Assembly: GCA_964016885.1 (NCBI GenBank)
Contig: OZ024741.1
Span: 100,936,001-101,000,000, forward strand
Length of the DNA stretch: 64,000 bases
From: Eledone cirrhosa
Taxonomy: Eukaryota
Direction of reading: 5' to 3'
The notes below the pieces were generated by a model. The model searched no databases and was not told the origin of the DNA. It saw only the letters and a program-made list of their open reading frames with translations. Shown piece by piece: positions 31,301 through 42,036 of this stretch (position 1 is the first letter of the stretch; the number at the start of each line of letters is the position of its first letter). A program made the translations under genes and the position numbers.

Positions 31301-34300
31301 ATTGCTGGGACCACCATAAAATGTAAACCATATGAAGTTATTGGTGTTAGGAAGGACATCCAGCTGTAGAAATAATGCTAATTAAGAATGTACACAAGCA
31401 AAATATGACCCACTCTTAGCTCATCTAGGACAGTAGATTCACTTCAATTAAGCACTGATTTGGTCTGTGACAACCAGTTCAACCTATGCCAGTGTGAAAA
31501 AACAGACATTAAATGATGAATTATGTTAATATATATAGACATGTTAAAGTATAAAATTGTGCTGATATTCCTATCTTCCAATAAATTCTTTTCTGTTGTT
31601 CAACACTTGAAGTTAGAATCAGTCATTCTTGGATCTCTCTCATTTCCAACGACGAGTGTTTCAGTTATTTGATTAACTCAACAGCCTACTCATGAAATTA
31701 ACATTCAAGTATCATGGTTGGGTATTCTATAAAGATATGCACCCATAACACAGTTCACTGGGATGTTCAACATGACATAGCTGGAGCAAAGTGAAATAAA
31801 GTGTCTTGATCAAAAGACACAACAGACCACTGGGAATCAAACTCATGACCTTAAGATTGTGAGCTGAACACCCTAACCTGTGAGTCAATTGCCTTCAAGA
31901 TGAGAGTAGTTTAGACCCTTTTAATATAAAACTGGCCATCATAATTTTATGTAAGAATCTCTTAAGTTATACTCCAAACACCAGCTTAATAACAAGAAAG
32001 TTATTTATATTACTAAATCCCTCCAAATTTTTGGTTATTTTCAAAATGATAAGTAGTATCTTCCATTAGAAATATGACAACGAAAAGGTTAAAAAGGTCA
32101 AGCACCCAGCTTTGAGGATTAGATAATTAACTCAGACCCAGGGATAGACCCCGAACAAGATGGTTGGATAACATCCATGACCTTGGCTGGTCTCGCTTGG
32201 AGATCCAGCTGGATCAGTTGGAGATGGTTGCTTCTGACAGGACCCACTGGAAGGAGTGTTTGATGACTCTATCCCCACGACTCACCCAGGATTAAGTGGG
32301 CGAAGAAGAGATAATGAACAAAATAGTTTCCCTTAGTCTAACTAGAAATTGAAGATTATGCCTGAATGACATAATAAAAAAAAAAACCTTTAGCTGAATG
32401 TACTAACAATTTAATAATTGGATATATCTGACAATACTTGTTTCAAGCTTTTTTTTGTCAATGAGGCAAACTGGACCCACTAGAATCATGTGCTTTTTTC
32501 AGGAGTACAACATGATTCATCATCTTATCATCAACCACTTTATGTGGAGTGGGTGCATGCCACTAGTGAGGTGGTGGCATAAGATGACAGGATTGAAAGG
32601 TCCTCTCTACTCTGCTCTCCTAGGCAGGTTGTCTTTGCTATGACTTATAGAACCTATGTCTTCCCCATGCAGTCTTAATCATTTGGGGTAACTGTTCTTC
32701 TAGATGGGCTGTTTTCCCCTCGGTTTATGGAGTTCACATTCACCCTGATTACTGTAATATAATTTGAGCTCATAACTGACAATCTGGTCAAAACAGTAGC
32801 ATCTTACCTTCAAAGCCACTGTGCATCATACAATACTTATTTTGATTTTTTTTATTTATTTCAGATACATGTTAGTCATTAAAGTTAACTACATCAGGAT
32901 TTTAAAAATAGGATCTTAAACCTTTTGTTACTGTATTTCTAATGATTTTTGAAAATAAAGAATTTGAAGGATTTAGTAATGAAACTTTCATTAATAAACT
33001 AGTATTTGAAACACAACTTAAGAAAAATTATCATGGAAGGTTTTTAGATAAATATAAACACTTTAAAATCAACAGCTTTGCATCTGAGAACCATGGACAG
33101 TTTGGTATCAAAGGGGTTAAGAGTTTAATACCTGAATATACTATCAGAAAAAAAAAGAGAAAACTATGATTGAGTAATGTGGAAGATCACACAGAAAACA
33201 GATTGTAAATAATGGGAGACATAGTTGCAACTATGAGAAAGAAAACTAGTTGAGGCTCCAATCAGTAAATGAAAAGTAATTCCATCCATCATCATCATCG
33301 TTTAACATCTATCTTCCATGCAAAGAGAACCAGCCATTAGATAGAATTTGGCCACAACACATGAATTGATAATATTTTCAAAGAATGCTTACAAAAAGCA
33401 TAACGAGCACAGAATAAGTTTTGGTCACCTATTGCTGTGAAGCATAAAAGAAAAGAAAACAACCCTAAGTATTTCACTCACTAAGAATACAAACCATATT
33501 TATTATTTGAATATAATATACAACTTTATAGACAATGAAATTTTGGAATAAAAACTCATCTAGAATAAACAGTGACTCTTCTTTAGTATCATTTCAAACA
33601 CAGCAAGCAGTATATGGAAAAAGGATTTTTAGTTAGAATAAATAAAATACAGAATGAAATCAAATTTGCATCATTAACTAATCCTGTTGTACTGAAAAAA
33701 GTTCACACAATCTAAATGAAAAAAATAAAATAAATAAATAAAATTCAAAAGCGACCTTTGAACTTTACTGGTGTTTGTTGTAAAAGTGTACCTACTATGA
33801 AAGCAACATTCTGGAGATAACAATTTCTAATTTAGGTACAAGCCAGTAATTCGTAGAAGAGGAAAGTTGATTATATTAACCTCTACTTAACTGGTACTTT
33901 ATTTTATCGACCTCAGCAGAATGAAAGGTGAAGTTGACTGTGACATATAAACTCAAAACAAAGAACTAGAAGAAATAATTCAGAGTATTTCTTCACCGTT
34001 CTAACGATACTGCCAATCCACTGCTCTAACATTCAGGAAATACCATGATCATATTTTCTTTGAAAAATATTAGTATAATATAAAAATAATCTGTTTATAA
34101 ATTTTATAAACATTGTTCAGCCAATCAGCAACATCATATGATGACTCGATAAATCACTTAGCCAATCACAATTACCGTGAGACAGGGTTGACAAAAACGG
34201 TGGCATCTGCAGAGGGTTTTACATACGATACAAGTCTTACAAAACACAAACTAAAGAAATGACTTCAGACATTTTAATTTTACTTACTGCATAATAAAAT

Positions 34301-37300
34301 GTACAACAGTACATAGTAGTAATATTTAGCCTGAAAAGCTTTATGCATTTCGTGTGGATTGACTATGAATAATAGCTCAAAATGACCAACATGGATAAAT
34401 AGTGTCTTTTTAGATATCTTTATTTCCAGTTGAAATCATTTTAGTCTTCACATTTAAATACTGAAAAACAATTTTCCTACAGCAAGATGACCATTTTCCG
34501 CAACCTTGATGCTTATGCCTGAGATGCACATGTTGCAGCAGCTGTGGTTATAAATAGTATGGACACAGATGCCATGCTGACAAACAGCCTGTGGTATTTG
34601 GGGGGATTTGGGCTGCCAACAATGAAGTTCATGCCATTGCTGGTGGCTCACCATACCGATGTATCAAGTGATGCCCACAAGGGTGCTTCATAATTCCAGC
34701 ACTTTGCAATACTGCGAGTATGTTGACTTGTTTCAAAATCTAATAGAGGGAAAATCCAGCATGCCTTGTGATTGAGTATGCAGGTCTTCTACTTTTTTAA
34801 AAATCTACTTGTCCTTTCTATATAAAAACATAAATTGGGTTTATATACTAATATATTTAAATTTTAACCCTAATCAGAGGGGAATTCCTGATAAACTAAT
34901 ATACCTGAAAGATTTCGAGAAATCAAGTATTAGCTAGACACTGAGAATAAGAGAACAAATGTGTGTATCTGGTTTAGAAGAGTCACACTGTATCCCTGGG
35001 TGATGTAAAAAATAACTTAAAGGATATTAAATGTCAGGAAAGACATTCAGATGTAAAACATTGCCTCAAAAAGGTCCGTCCAACCCATGCCAGCATGGAA
35101 AAGTCAAAGTGATGATGATAATGTAGTTTACATAGACAATGTATTTTAGCAAATCTCAGCACCTCTTCTTCTATTTTACGAATGTAAACTTATTTAATCA
35201 TAATCATATATCCTAGTATTATTTGTATAGAGCTTCATATTGTTCTGCTCAATTAAAATTAGCTGATTAGGCATCTAGCAGTATCATTACCAAAAGTTAA
35301 AATCCATAACACTATAAAATTAAACACGACACACTCGGGCTGCTTACATTTATCTATTTTGTTATTTTGTAAAGAGACCGGAATCAAAAACAGAAACTGG
35401 TCCATTATATGTATATACGAGTACATTAGTAAAAAGTGATATAATGCGGGAAGAATTATATGAAAATCTTCGACAATAGATTGTGTAATAATATAACAAA
35501 AATAACTCGTCTGATTCAGTGTGTGTTTATACACACACACACATTTGGGTTCCCTCGTAGGTATATATATATATGAGCATGCGAAATGAATCTGGTGAAT
35601 GAGAGATATTTATATTTTCTTCAATGGAGATTTGTTAGTGATAATAGTAGTGTGAATATGTGTGTGCATGCATATTATACATATATATATATATATAAAT
35701 ATATAAACATTTCATTTCTCATCTTTGTTCGGCGAAATACAGCCACTACTGACACTTTCTTATTGTTATTAACATAAATATACACACACACAATAATTAT
35801 CAGTGTACAACTTACATTACGAAACTAACTAACTTTAGTCTTAATAAATAGGGGATAAAAATGGGAATTCTCGGTGAAATTCGCGAATTGAAACATCTAT
35901 CGTAAGATATTGAATTACAGTTTCAAAACCTTCTTTGATAATAATAGTTTCACTCCGAAACTATATATTTTATTTATTTACTTTTTTTGTTATATATGTA
36001 CGGAAACGGAAGCGACTTGTTTTCATAATTCAGCTTCAACAGAAACACTACTGACACAATTTTTTTCCTGTCTTTATTCTCAGCAATCTAACTATCAATC
36101 CAAAGAAAGGCACTATTTGTGTCACATGACTCTAACGCTCAAATTGAATTATGTGGTTCGTTTCGTTAGAATTTGATGTAACTCTCACGTCATGTTTCCT
36201 CTCAAGTTGTTGGTGCACTGTAAAAATTTGATAAACATTACAAAGACAAACCATTTCAACAATAAAACACCATACATACATATTATACAGTATAAAAACA
36301 CAGAGGGGTGCGTACATGTGAACGTTAACCTCTTTGTATATATCAAATTAGAATCCAGTCATTATAAAAAAAAATGATTTACATCGAGACCCTTAACTTG
36401 TGAAGAAATATGTCATATATATGTATAACATCTCTCTCTCTCTCTTCATATATATATATCTATGTAGCTAAGAAGATTTACAATAAACAAAATTGCACAG
36501 TTGAAAAGAATGCAAATAATAGAACATGATTAAATGGATACTAATGAAAACAATAAGACTATCCATAGTAAGAAATGATAATTTTGATAGTTGAAGAGGG
36601 TGGAATAAACGATGTGAGTAATAAAATGAATTTAAAAAGTGTTAAATATTTTTAGAGTCCATATAAGAACTGCGAGAACAAAAACAATGTCTGCAATTAA
36701 ATATATAAAACCTAATGGGCAGAGAATCCGATCTAGTCTTCATTTGATGAAATTTGTCAAAAAACAAACAAACAAAAAAAGACATGCTTTTGAGTGTTTT
36801 GATACTAAAATCAGAACCATGAAAATTGTAGTAGGCTTTTGTTTTGTAGTGTTTAAAAAATAAATTTTGTGTGTACATTTGAAGATTTCAGTTCTAACAG
36901 TTGAAATACATGTAAGGAAAAAAAAACATGAACAAAGTGGTTATGAAGATGAATATGGAGCAAGGATTTAATAATTCAGCTGTTATGTTTATAATCTGGT
37001 TCCATAAACAACGATTTTTACAGTGCAGTTTTAATTATTAGTTACGGTTACACTGAAATGGGTGGCAAGTGTTATTGAAACAAATGACGGGGTGTCATTA
37101 ATATAATGATTCCAAACTGTTTCGTGTCTGCACCTTCATTATTTTCAAAAGAATAAATTAAATGTTAAACTAATATTAAAACGATAGAAAAAAAATGAGA
37201 TTATAGGGATTCGGGAATTACTGTCTGTGGAGTTCCTTTCTAATCGTTGGTATTGGTTACCGTGAGAGGCAAATAAACTAATACAAACATTCGCAGAGCG

Positions 37301-37442
37301 ATAATTACTTTAAAAAGTGAATGAAATGGAACTATACTATGTTGGGAAGAAAATTCACTTCAAAGAAAAATAATAAGATACATAAAATCACATGGAAAAC
37401 GTATTGTTTTCCCGCGCGCTTACCTGCTTCGGTATCCGCCAT
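778..37442 (-). CDS. RANBP3: Ran-binding protein 3 (RanBP3/Yrb2 family) homologue, whole gene; 15 predicted coding exons, 1581 nt, about 526 aa
   Basis: Manually spliced exons join in consistent phase. The product has two FxFG motifs (FIFGTNLHERV, FVFGENLADRV) and a Ran-binding domain (IEVKTGEEDESNVLQ-SNCKLFVFD..WIERGQGVLRLND..QSRLVMRSQGSLRVILNTKIW), matching RanBP3 as I recall it. The last exon is least certain. Confidence 0.93.
912..1009 (-). CDS. RANBP3: RanBP3 exon 14
   Basis: ttcacag acceptor; KLPELSAGVSSVESKSISKEESDSSVLDPETE; gtgaa donor, or read-through to a nearby TGA. Confidence 0.7.
1139..1284 (-). CDS. RANBP3: RanBP3 exon 13 (domain C-terminal helix and basic stretch), GC donor
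   Basis: ANPKDSDNIMRAIEWRIQQLK...SPKKL; donor AA|gcaagt gives the phase 2 needed by the next exon. Confidence 0.85.
1580..1716 (-). CDS. RANBP3: RanBP3 exon 12 (Ran-binding domain)
   Basis: VMRSQGSLRVILNTKIWTGMTVKKASQKSVRLTATDGDGVKVFLIV; tttcag acceptor, gtaagt donor. Confidence 0.95.
3984..4104 (-). CDS. RANBP3: RanBP3 exon 11 (Ran-binding domain core)
   Basis: SNCKLFVFDKPTLVWIERGQGVLRLNDLVGNDSVKFQSRL; ttctag acceptor, gtgagt donor. Confidence 0.95.
5500..5621 (-). CDS. RANBP3: RanBP3 exon 10 (start of Ran-binding domain)
   Basis: SLEESAREYQ...IEVKTGEEDESNVLQ; ttttcag acceptor, gtaat donor. Confidence 0.93.
8222..8366 (-). CDS. RANBP3: RanBP3 exon 9 (second FxFG motif)
   Basis: tttatag acceptor, gtgag donor; contains SGFVFGENLADRVV; phase 0 to 1. 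Confidence 0.9.
9148..9307 (-). CDS. RANBP3: RanBP3 exon 8 (first FxFG motif)
   Basis: tgcag acceptor, gtaagt donor; ends GGEFIFGTNLHERVV; phase 2 to 0. Confidence 0.9.
10018..10222 (-). CDS. RANBP3: RanBP3 exon 7 (Ser/Thr-rich)
   Basis: ttttcag acceptor, gtaat donor; overlaps ORF 10014..10253; phase 1 to 2. Confidence 0.85.
14085..16310 (+). mobile_element. Decayed RTE-clade LINE (APE endonuclease and RT remnants) in RanBP3 intron 6
   Basis: YKLIW..GVGGIGILLAEKWVNKVI..SKRIIKL (endonuclease); AFVDLEKAFNRV and ELLYA (RT); many stops and frameshifts. Confidence 0.88.
16701..17824 (+). mobile_element. Non-autonomous Helitron-like element
   Basis: 5' a|TCTATAAAAG followed by (GT)n; 3' cccgagcaacgccgag hairpin-like motif then CTAG|t; inserted in a TA tract. 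Confidence 0.7.
17253..17525. repeat. Three tandem copies of a 91-bp unit inside the Helitron
   Basis: atatcctctatgaggtcactaaac... recurs at 17253, 17344 and 17435 with few mismatches. Confidence 0.95.
19030..19228 (+). mobile_element. tRNA-derived SINE with a Meta-domain-like core, representative copy
   Basis: ttggcagtatcggtagag...gagttcaaatccc...gcctttcatccttacggggtcga...(att)n tail. Other copies near 17947, 18881, 22768, 26020, 33826, 39503, 46260, 49965, 52838, 53440, 58000, 58375 and 62670. Confidence 0.85.
19575..20440 (+). mobile_element. Internally deleted Tc1/mariner-superfamily DNA transposon
   Basis: Termini cagggtgactaaaaaaa and tttttttaatccaccttg-ta; transposase remnant WTPQGPNLSPPD..VKDRVYVNKPRTITELK resembles the WPPRSPDL motif. 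Confidence 0.82.
20717..20818 (-). CDS. RANBP3: RanBP3 exon 6 (VLAASKMMPNPFAPK...SQSCE)
   Basis: ctttcag acceptor, gtcagt donor, 102 nt symmetric phase 1. Confidence 0.78.
21274..21610 (-). mobile_element. Young tRNA-derived SINE, full length (same family as 43900-44236)
   Basis: Reverse complement of 43900-44236 with few differences; the two spurious 65-aa ORFs differ at 2 residues. Confidence 0.88.
22119..22148 (-). CDS. RANBP3: RanBP3 exon 5 (30-nt microexon, VLGVSTSSNP)
   Basis: cag acceptor after a pyrimidine tract, gtaagt donor, symmetric phase 1. Confidence 0.68.
23587..23742 (-). CDS. RANBP3: RanBP3 exon 4 (Ser-rich; alternative in-frame start at 23736)
   Basis: Acceptors tag and cag 6 nt apart, gtaag donor; reads SESKAGDTNGVVSSTSSLGSCQ...RFFKPSVT. 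Confidence 0.75.
23960..25171 (-). mobile_element. Helitron remnant with PIF1-like helicase fragment
   Basis: LELKKGTVIMLLRNLD..LCNG and ILTGCGKGDIVFIPRIPLIPTNVPFHFKQLQF; a TCTATAATCTATACTATAA 5' end near 25171. Confidence 0.85.
26924..26957 (-). CDS. RANBP3: RanBP3 exon 3 (34 nt, ADSTTQDASPS)
   Basis: ttttag acceptor, gtcagt donor; phase 0 to 1 restores the frame between exons 2 and 4. Confidence 0.72.
27940..28520 (-). mobile_element. RTE LINE 3' fragment
   Basis: Similar to the 3' part of the 14085-16310 LINE; a further fragment lies at about 29930-30290. Confidence 0.7.
30582..30637 (-). CDS. RANBP3: RanBP3 exon 2 (56 nt, DPTQGSLESEPGSTNKEKL)
   Basis: tttcag acceptor, gtaag donor, open frame, phase 1 to 0. 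Confidence 0.75.
32130..32310 (+). mobile_element. 3' end of an RTE/Expander-like LINE
   Basis: RPRTRWLDNIHDLGWSRLEI...VASDRTHWKECL-stop, typical RTE C-terminus. Confidence 0.7.
32916..33120. mobile_element. piggyBac-type MITE family A, representative copy
   Basis: TTAA-(c)cctt...aaggg-TTAA ends, about 200-240 bp. Related copies near 1880, 4140, 4380, 6855, 8448, 10260, 10563, 12140, 12520, 25530, 30682, 31915 and 37695. Confidence 0.75.
37424..37442 (-). CDS. RANBP3: RanBP3 coding exon 1 (MADTEA, phase 1)
   Basis: ATGGCGGATACCGAAGCAG|gtaag in a CpG-enriched patch; good start context (aaacATGG). Confidence 0.8.
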
Positions 37443-37471
37443 GTTTCTTGTAGATTATCACGTGACCAATG
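37436..37471 (-). promoter_or_regulatory. RanBP3 proximal promoter motifs: YY1-like AAACATGGCG over the start codon, palindromic E-box TCACGTGA (37458-37465), adjacent CCAAT
   Basis: Motifs read directly; the surrounding 35.3-37.6 kb has visibly more CpG than the introns. Confidence 0.5.
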
Positions 37472-38299
37472 ATATAAAGTTAGAATCCGAAACCAACTGA
37501 AACGAAATAAAAAGGTATTGCTGTGCAATTAAAGCATATCTTATTTGAAAGCTTTATTCAACATAAAAATTGAGTAACAATATAACTTACGATAAAATTC
37601 AGCAAAGTTTGGTAATACAAATGAACGACTTCCTCAATTTATCTGAAGAGAAAATACTAAAGGTGTATCTTGTCTTTTATGATCAAACTTTATTTATTCA
37701 TTCGTTACCATATTTCTAATGAAAAACACTGCCTGTGATTTTCCAAAAATTTTGAAAATTATTAAGACTTCTTCATATAAACTACTTAATGAAGTATAAT
37801 TTGGAAACATACCATTGACAAAGTATATGGACATCAACAATAAAAAATAGTCAAAATGAAAAACAAAAAGAGAAGAAACAAGTATTTTCACTCGGTCGGT
37901 TGTACCCTACAACCAGGACCGGATTTTGGTTCTTGGGAAGTCAAGCCCCGGAGGACTTCAGGATAAGTGCCACCTCATAGATAAAAAATTAAAATACTCA
38001 GCAAACTCACAGGATGACATATCACTTCTGCTTATTACATGTAATTGTAATTGATAAGTTATACAAACATACAAATGTAAAGGGGAAAAAAACGAAAAAA
38101 CAAAACTAATACACAATGTAACAATGAAATATATGTAAATACATAAATGTTAAATGGAAATATACGTAAATATTAAATGCTATACATAAATATATTGACA
38201 AGTTTGTGTCAAGGCTACTACAGGGATTTTAGCAAATATACTAAAAGCTTTGGCCAAAACATACTAAATGCACCATAGAAAAGTTAAATTCATTTGTCA

Positions 38300-40700
38300 A
38301 AGCTAAACTTTATCTAAGCTAAATACAGTAAGTTATACCTACTTATAGCAATATGCTTTACTACAATACCTACAAAAAATCTTTCTTTCTACACTTGATA
38401 TCTGCAAATTCTTTAATGAACTCATCAAACTGCATAATCTTCAGGACACTATTCTTTATATCTTGCAGACACTGAACACATAGTCTTCTGTTGGTCATTG
38501 TGATGTTCAGGTAAATCTTTGAGTGCTAATTTGCTGAATGATCTCTTTCTAAACACTGAGTAGCTATCAAGTTCAAATATATTATAACAACTACATCAAC
38601 ACTTGGAAAAGTATCAGTAAGCCTTTCATAATGAAGCAAAAATTCCTGCTTAGATGGTGTGGGAAATTGACCTGGTCTTGGAAAAGGCTGAAAAATGAAC
38701 AATTCCTTCTATCACCACATACCTAAACTAACAAAGGAATGCAGTGATACATTTTTCAACTTCTGTTTTTATCTTTGCTTTAGATGAACTATATAATTCT
38801 ACTATGGCTTTGAACCTATGCACTAATTTGTAAGCTAACCTGTGTTTTCCTAAGTCATGTATCTAGGGAAAAGAACAATTTCATCACAGCTGATGTTGGA
38901 TTTGCATCATAATGTTTGTTTCTCTTTCTTAGCTTACCTGTTGTTGCTTTATAGTTAGCGATGCCACAGAGGTTCTTGGCCTTCAGTTAAAACTCTTCAT
39001 ACTTATCCCAAAGTGATTTCAGAAACTTTTCCAGAAAATCACTTAGATCTACCACTCTATTCAGGTCAACTTCAGTTCATTGAAAATCTTTATTTGTGAT
39101 GTTGAACCATACAAAAATTCAGTTCTAGATCTTGACCAGCAAGGTAGATTCCAGACATTTCATTTGTTTGTAGCTATTTCTGTGCTTCATATCTTGCTTC
39201 AGATGTTTGTGAATTTTAAACCCATTTGTGAGGACTCCAGTAGTATCAGCTTTTGCTGAGTAATGTATGTCTGACAGAAACTTTACAGTTAATGGTCTTT
39301 TCTTTTCTTCCAAAGACTACATTAAATTTACCCATCTGTGTGTTGATGCAGAAAAAATGATGTGTAGCCTTTGTATGAAACCCCAAAAGCTGAGGCAGTA
39401 CAGTAAGAGGGAGCAGTCTGTTCAGAAAAGAATTCAGTGAGTTAGCAACAAAGAATGAAATAAGCTGCTGGATTGCATTCCTGTGTAGTGACCAAACATT
39501 TTCAAATCCCGCTGAGGTTAACTTTGCCTTTCATCCTTACGGGGGTCGATAAAATAAAGTACCAGTAATACACTGGGATAATTGCTGGCCTTGTGCCAAA
39601 AAGTAGAAACAATTATTGGTATTGTCATAGGACTGCTCCCTGCAGTCCTCAAAACCAATCCCATATTTAAAAAAAAATTCCAAGAGAGGTAGCTAGTACT
39701 TCAATTTTGTGTGAGCCTGAAGGAAAATGAAAAAATAACTTTCTATGAGCTTCTCAGAAACCGCATACCACACAATAACTGTTAACTGGTCAATATGAGC
39801 CAGGTCTGTTGTTGAATCTAGAGAAACTGAAAAATAACATATTTGATGGCATATAACCCAGGACATCACATTCCAGCAGTGAATATTAAGAAAAAAACAT
39901 TAGTCTACCAATTTCGTAAACTCCAAACATAAGACCCAGGTGATGTTTTTTTAATCATTCTTTTGTGAGGAGAGGGAGAAAGGAATCTTGTATATCAACA
40001 AATCTAGTACTTAGCTGTGTGCCATCACCATCATCATTTAACGTTTGCTTTCTCTGTTAGCAAGGGTCAGACAAGTCTTTATAGACCGAGTCAGTGCTGA
40101 AGTTGGTTTACTGACCTTTCAGACTGGCTGGGGATTTTCATCTCAATTGCCAATGGTCCTATGTTCTACCGAGTGCATTTTATCATGGCACTAGTCCTAG
40201 GCAGGTTGTCATGTCTTTGACACAACTGAAAGGGCCTCCCAACCCTTTGTTTGGCAAACTTCCTATGGCTGGATGCCCTTCCTATCACCAACCACTTTAC
40301 ATGTACTGGATTGTTGGTATTAAGTATGATTGCTTGCCACTTCCAAGGTTGCCAAATCTTGTCTGGTGACCCATCAGAATAGATCAAATTGTGCATGAAG
40401 TTTCATAATTCCTAAAACAAAATTCCCATTCAGTGAGAAATATTTTCCAAGTCATAACATGGCACAATACTTGTTTTTCTGTACTCCCTGTCAACACAAG
40501 ATTCCCTACATAGAAGATTGAACTTGGGCTTGCCTTTGCTCATCAGGTTTAAGAGATGGCCCTAGGATTGCTGGTACACCAAGTAAATTGAATTTTGACA
40601 CCCTTGCATGTATATGTATATTTTTTTAATCTGAAGAGAATGACACATTCATCCCATGGGTAGATGAGCCATAGTACTCCAAACTTGTGTAAGGAAGATA
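38300..40700 (-). mobile_element. Decayed hAT transposase, interrupted by SINEs
   Basis: Ordered remnants GNF..MKLHAQFD, FSLDSTTDLAHIDQL, DCREQSYDN, FSASTHRW and ERSFSKL (dimerisation domain). Confidence 0.8.
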
Positions 40701-41199
40701 AAAAAAACATTCGGTTGTGTTGTGTTTTTATTTTGTTAATAGAGGGCATAAAAATATATAAAAATAAAAAATATTTATGAAAGAATGTGAAAATATATGA
40801 AAAATAGATATTAAAAAATTAAGCTTTTGCAAAATATATATGGAAAATTATAGATGTTTGTTTGAATATAAGACGCATATTAAAAACTTGGAAAGCTGGT
40901 ATGTTAAATGAAGATGATACGCCAAGATTTTTCTTTTTTTAATGAAACTATGCGACGAAGGTATTTGATAAAAAAAATGATATGAATGACTGTTAACCAG
41001 GGGTTGATATGGCAACTAAAAAACTGTTATGTAAAGTAAAAGCATGTTGCTTGAACGGTAGTGTGAAGTAGATAGCAGTAACGAAAACTCTTCAGAACAG
41101 AGTTAACCAAAATTGACAAAGATAACTGCGAAATTCCAGTGACATTTACATCACTATCCAACCAAAACAAAAATGATTTTATGTATTAAGGCAGTTTAT

Positions 41200-41830
41200 A
41201 ATGAGCCAAAAGATATTTTTCTGCATGTTTTACAAGAACTCAACAGGTTTGACATGAGATTTAATCTATTCAAATTTTGCTGCAGGATGAACATCTTACT
41301 CATGTACAAATGGTAACAAAACCTAGATTTGAAGCTTCCATGGTGATATAAATAAACCAAGTGATTTTGAATGTGTGTCCAGACCTCTCTCTAAGTAGTC
41401 AGATATATTTGGATAAAGCTGTTGCACAGAATCTTTCAGGATTAACAAAGTAATGTTTAGATTTGAAGTTGTTTTTTGTGAGTATTATGTGGGATTTAAG
41501 TGAAGAGTTGTTACTTAAGTGAACTTCAGCATCATAAACTAGATTTCGCCAGGCATGTGTTACCAGAGTTAAAACACTTGTAGTATTTGAGTTCTGGTAG
41601 TTATTTTCAGCAATCGTTTTTGTGTTGACTTTTAAATCAAACTACAAATTTCTTGCATGCAGAATAGCACACTTTGATTTTGTTCCTGTTAAATATTTTG
41701 TGATACCCACTGACAGTTTAGGACCAAATAATTGAAGAAATATGGTCAAATACTTATTAATAACAATGATGGTTAATATTTGTTTTTCACTGATCATGTG
41801 ATCAAAGGAAACTAAATGAATGTGAACAGT
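41200..41830 (-). mobile_element. Decayed Penelope-like element, RT-linker and GIY-YIG endonuclease region
   Basis: KIFNRNKIKVCYS, GNTCL, TALSK and terminal CKHAEKYLL-like remnants in the order expected for PLE C-termini; heavily frameshifted. Confidence 0.62.
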
Positions 41831-42036
41831 AACCAAAAATCATCTTTGTCAAGTATATGGTAGCAGTCACTTGTATCATACAATCATTGTCCATGTTACA
41901 TCCCCTAAATGTTGGCAAGTAGTATGATGCAATGTTTTTATATTGCACCCTAATCATTTACTTTTCCAGACTCAGATCTTAGAGTGTTTCAGAACTATTC
42001 ACAATTTATCAGGTTGTACTATTACAACCTGAATCA

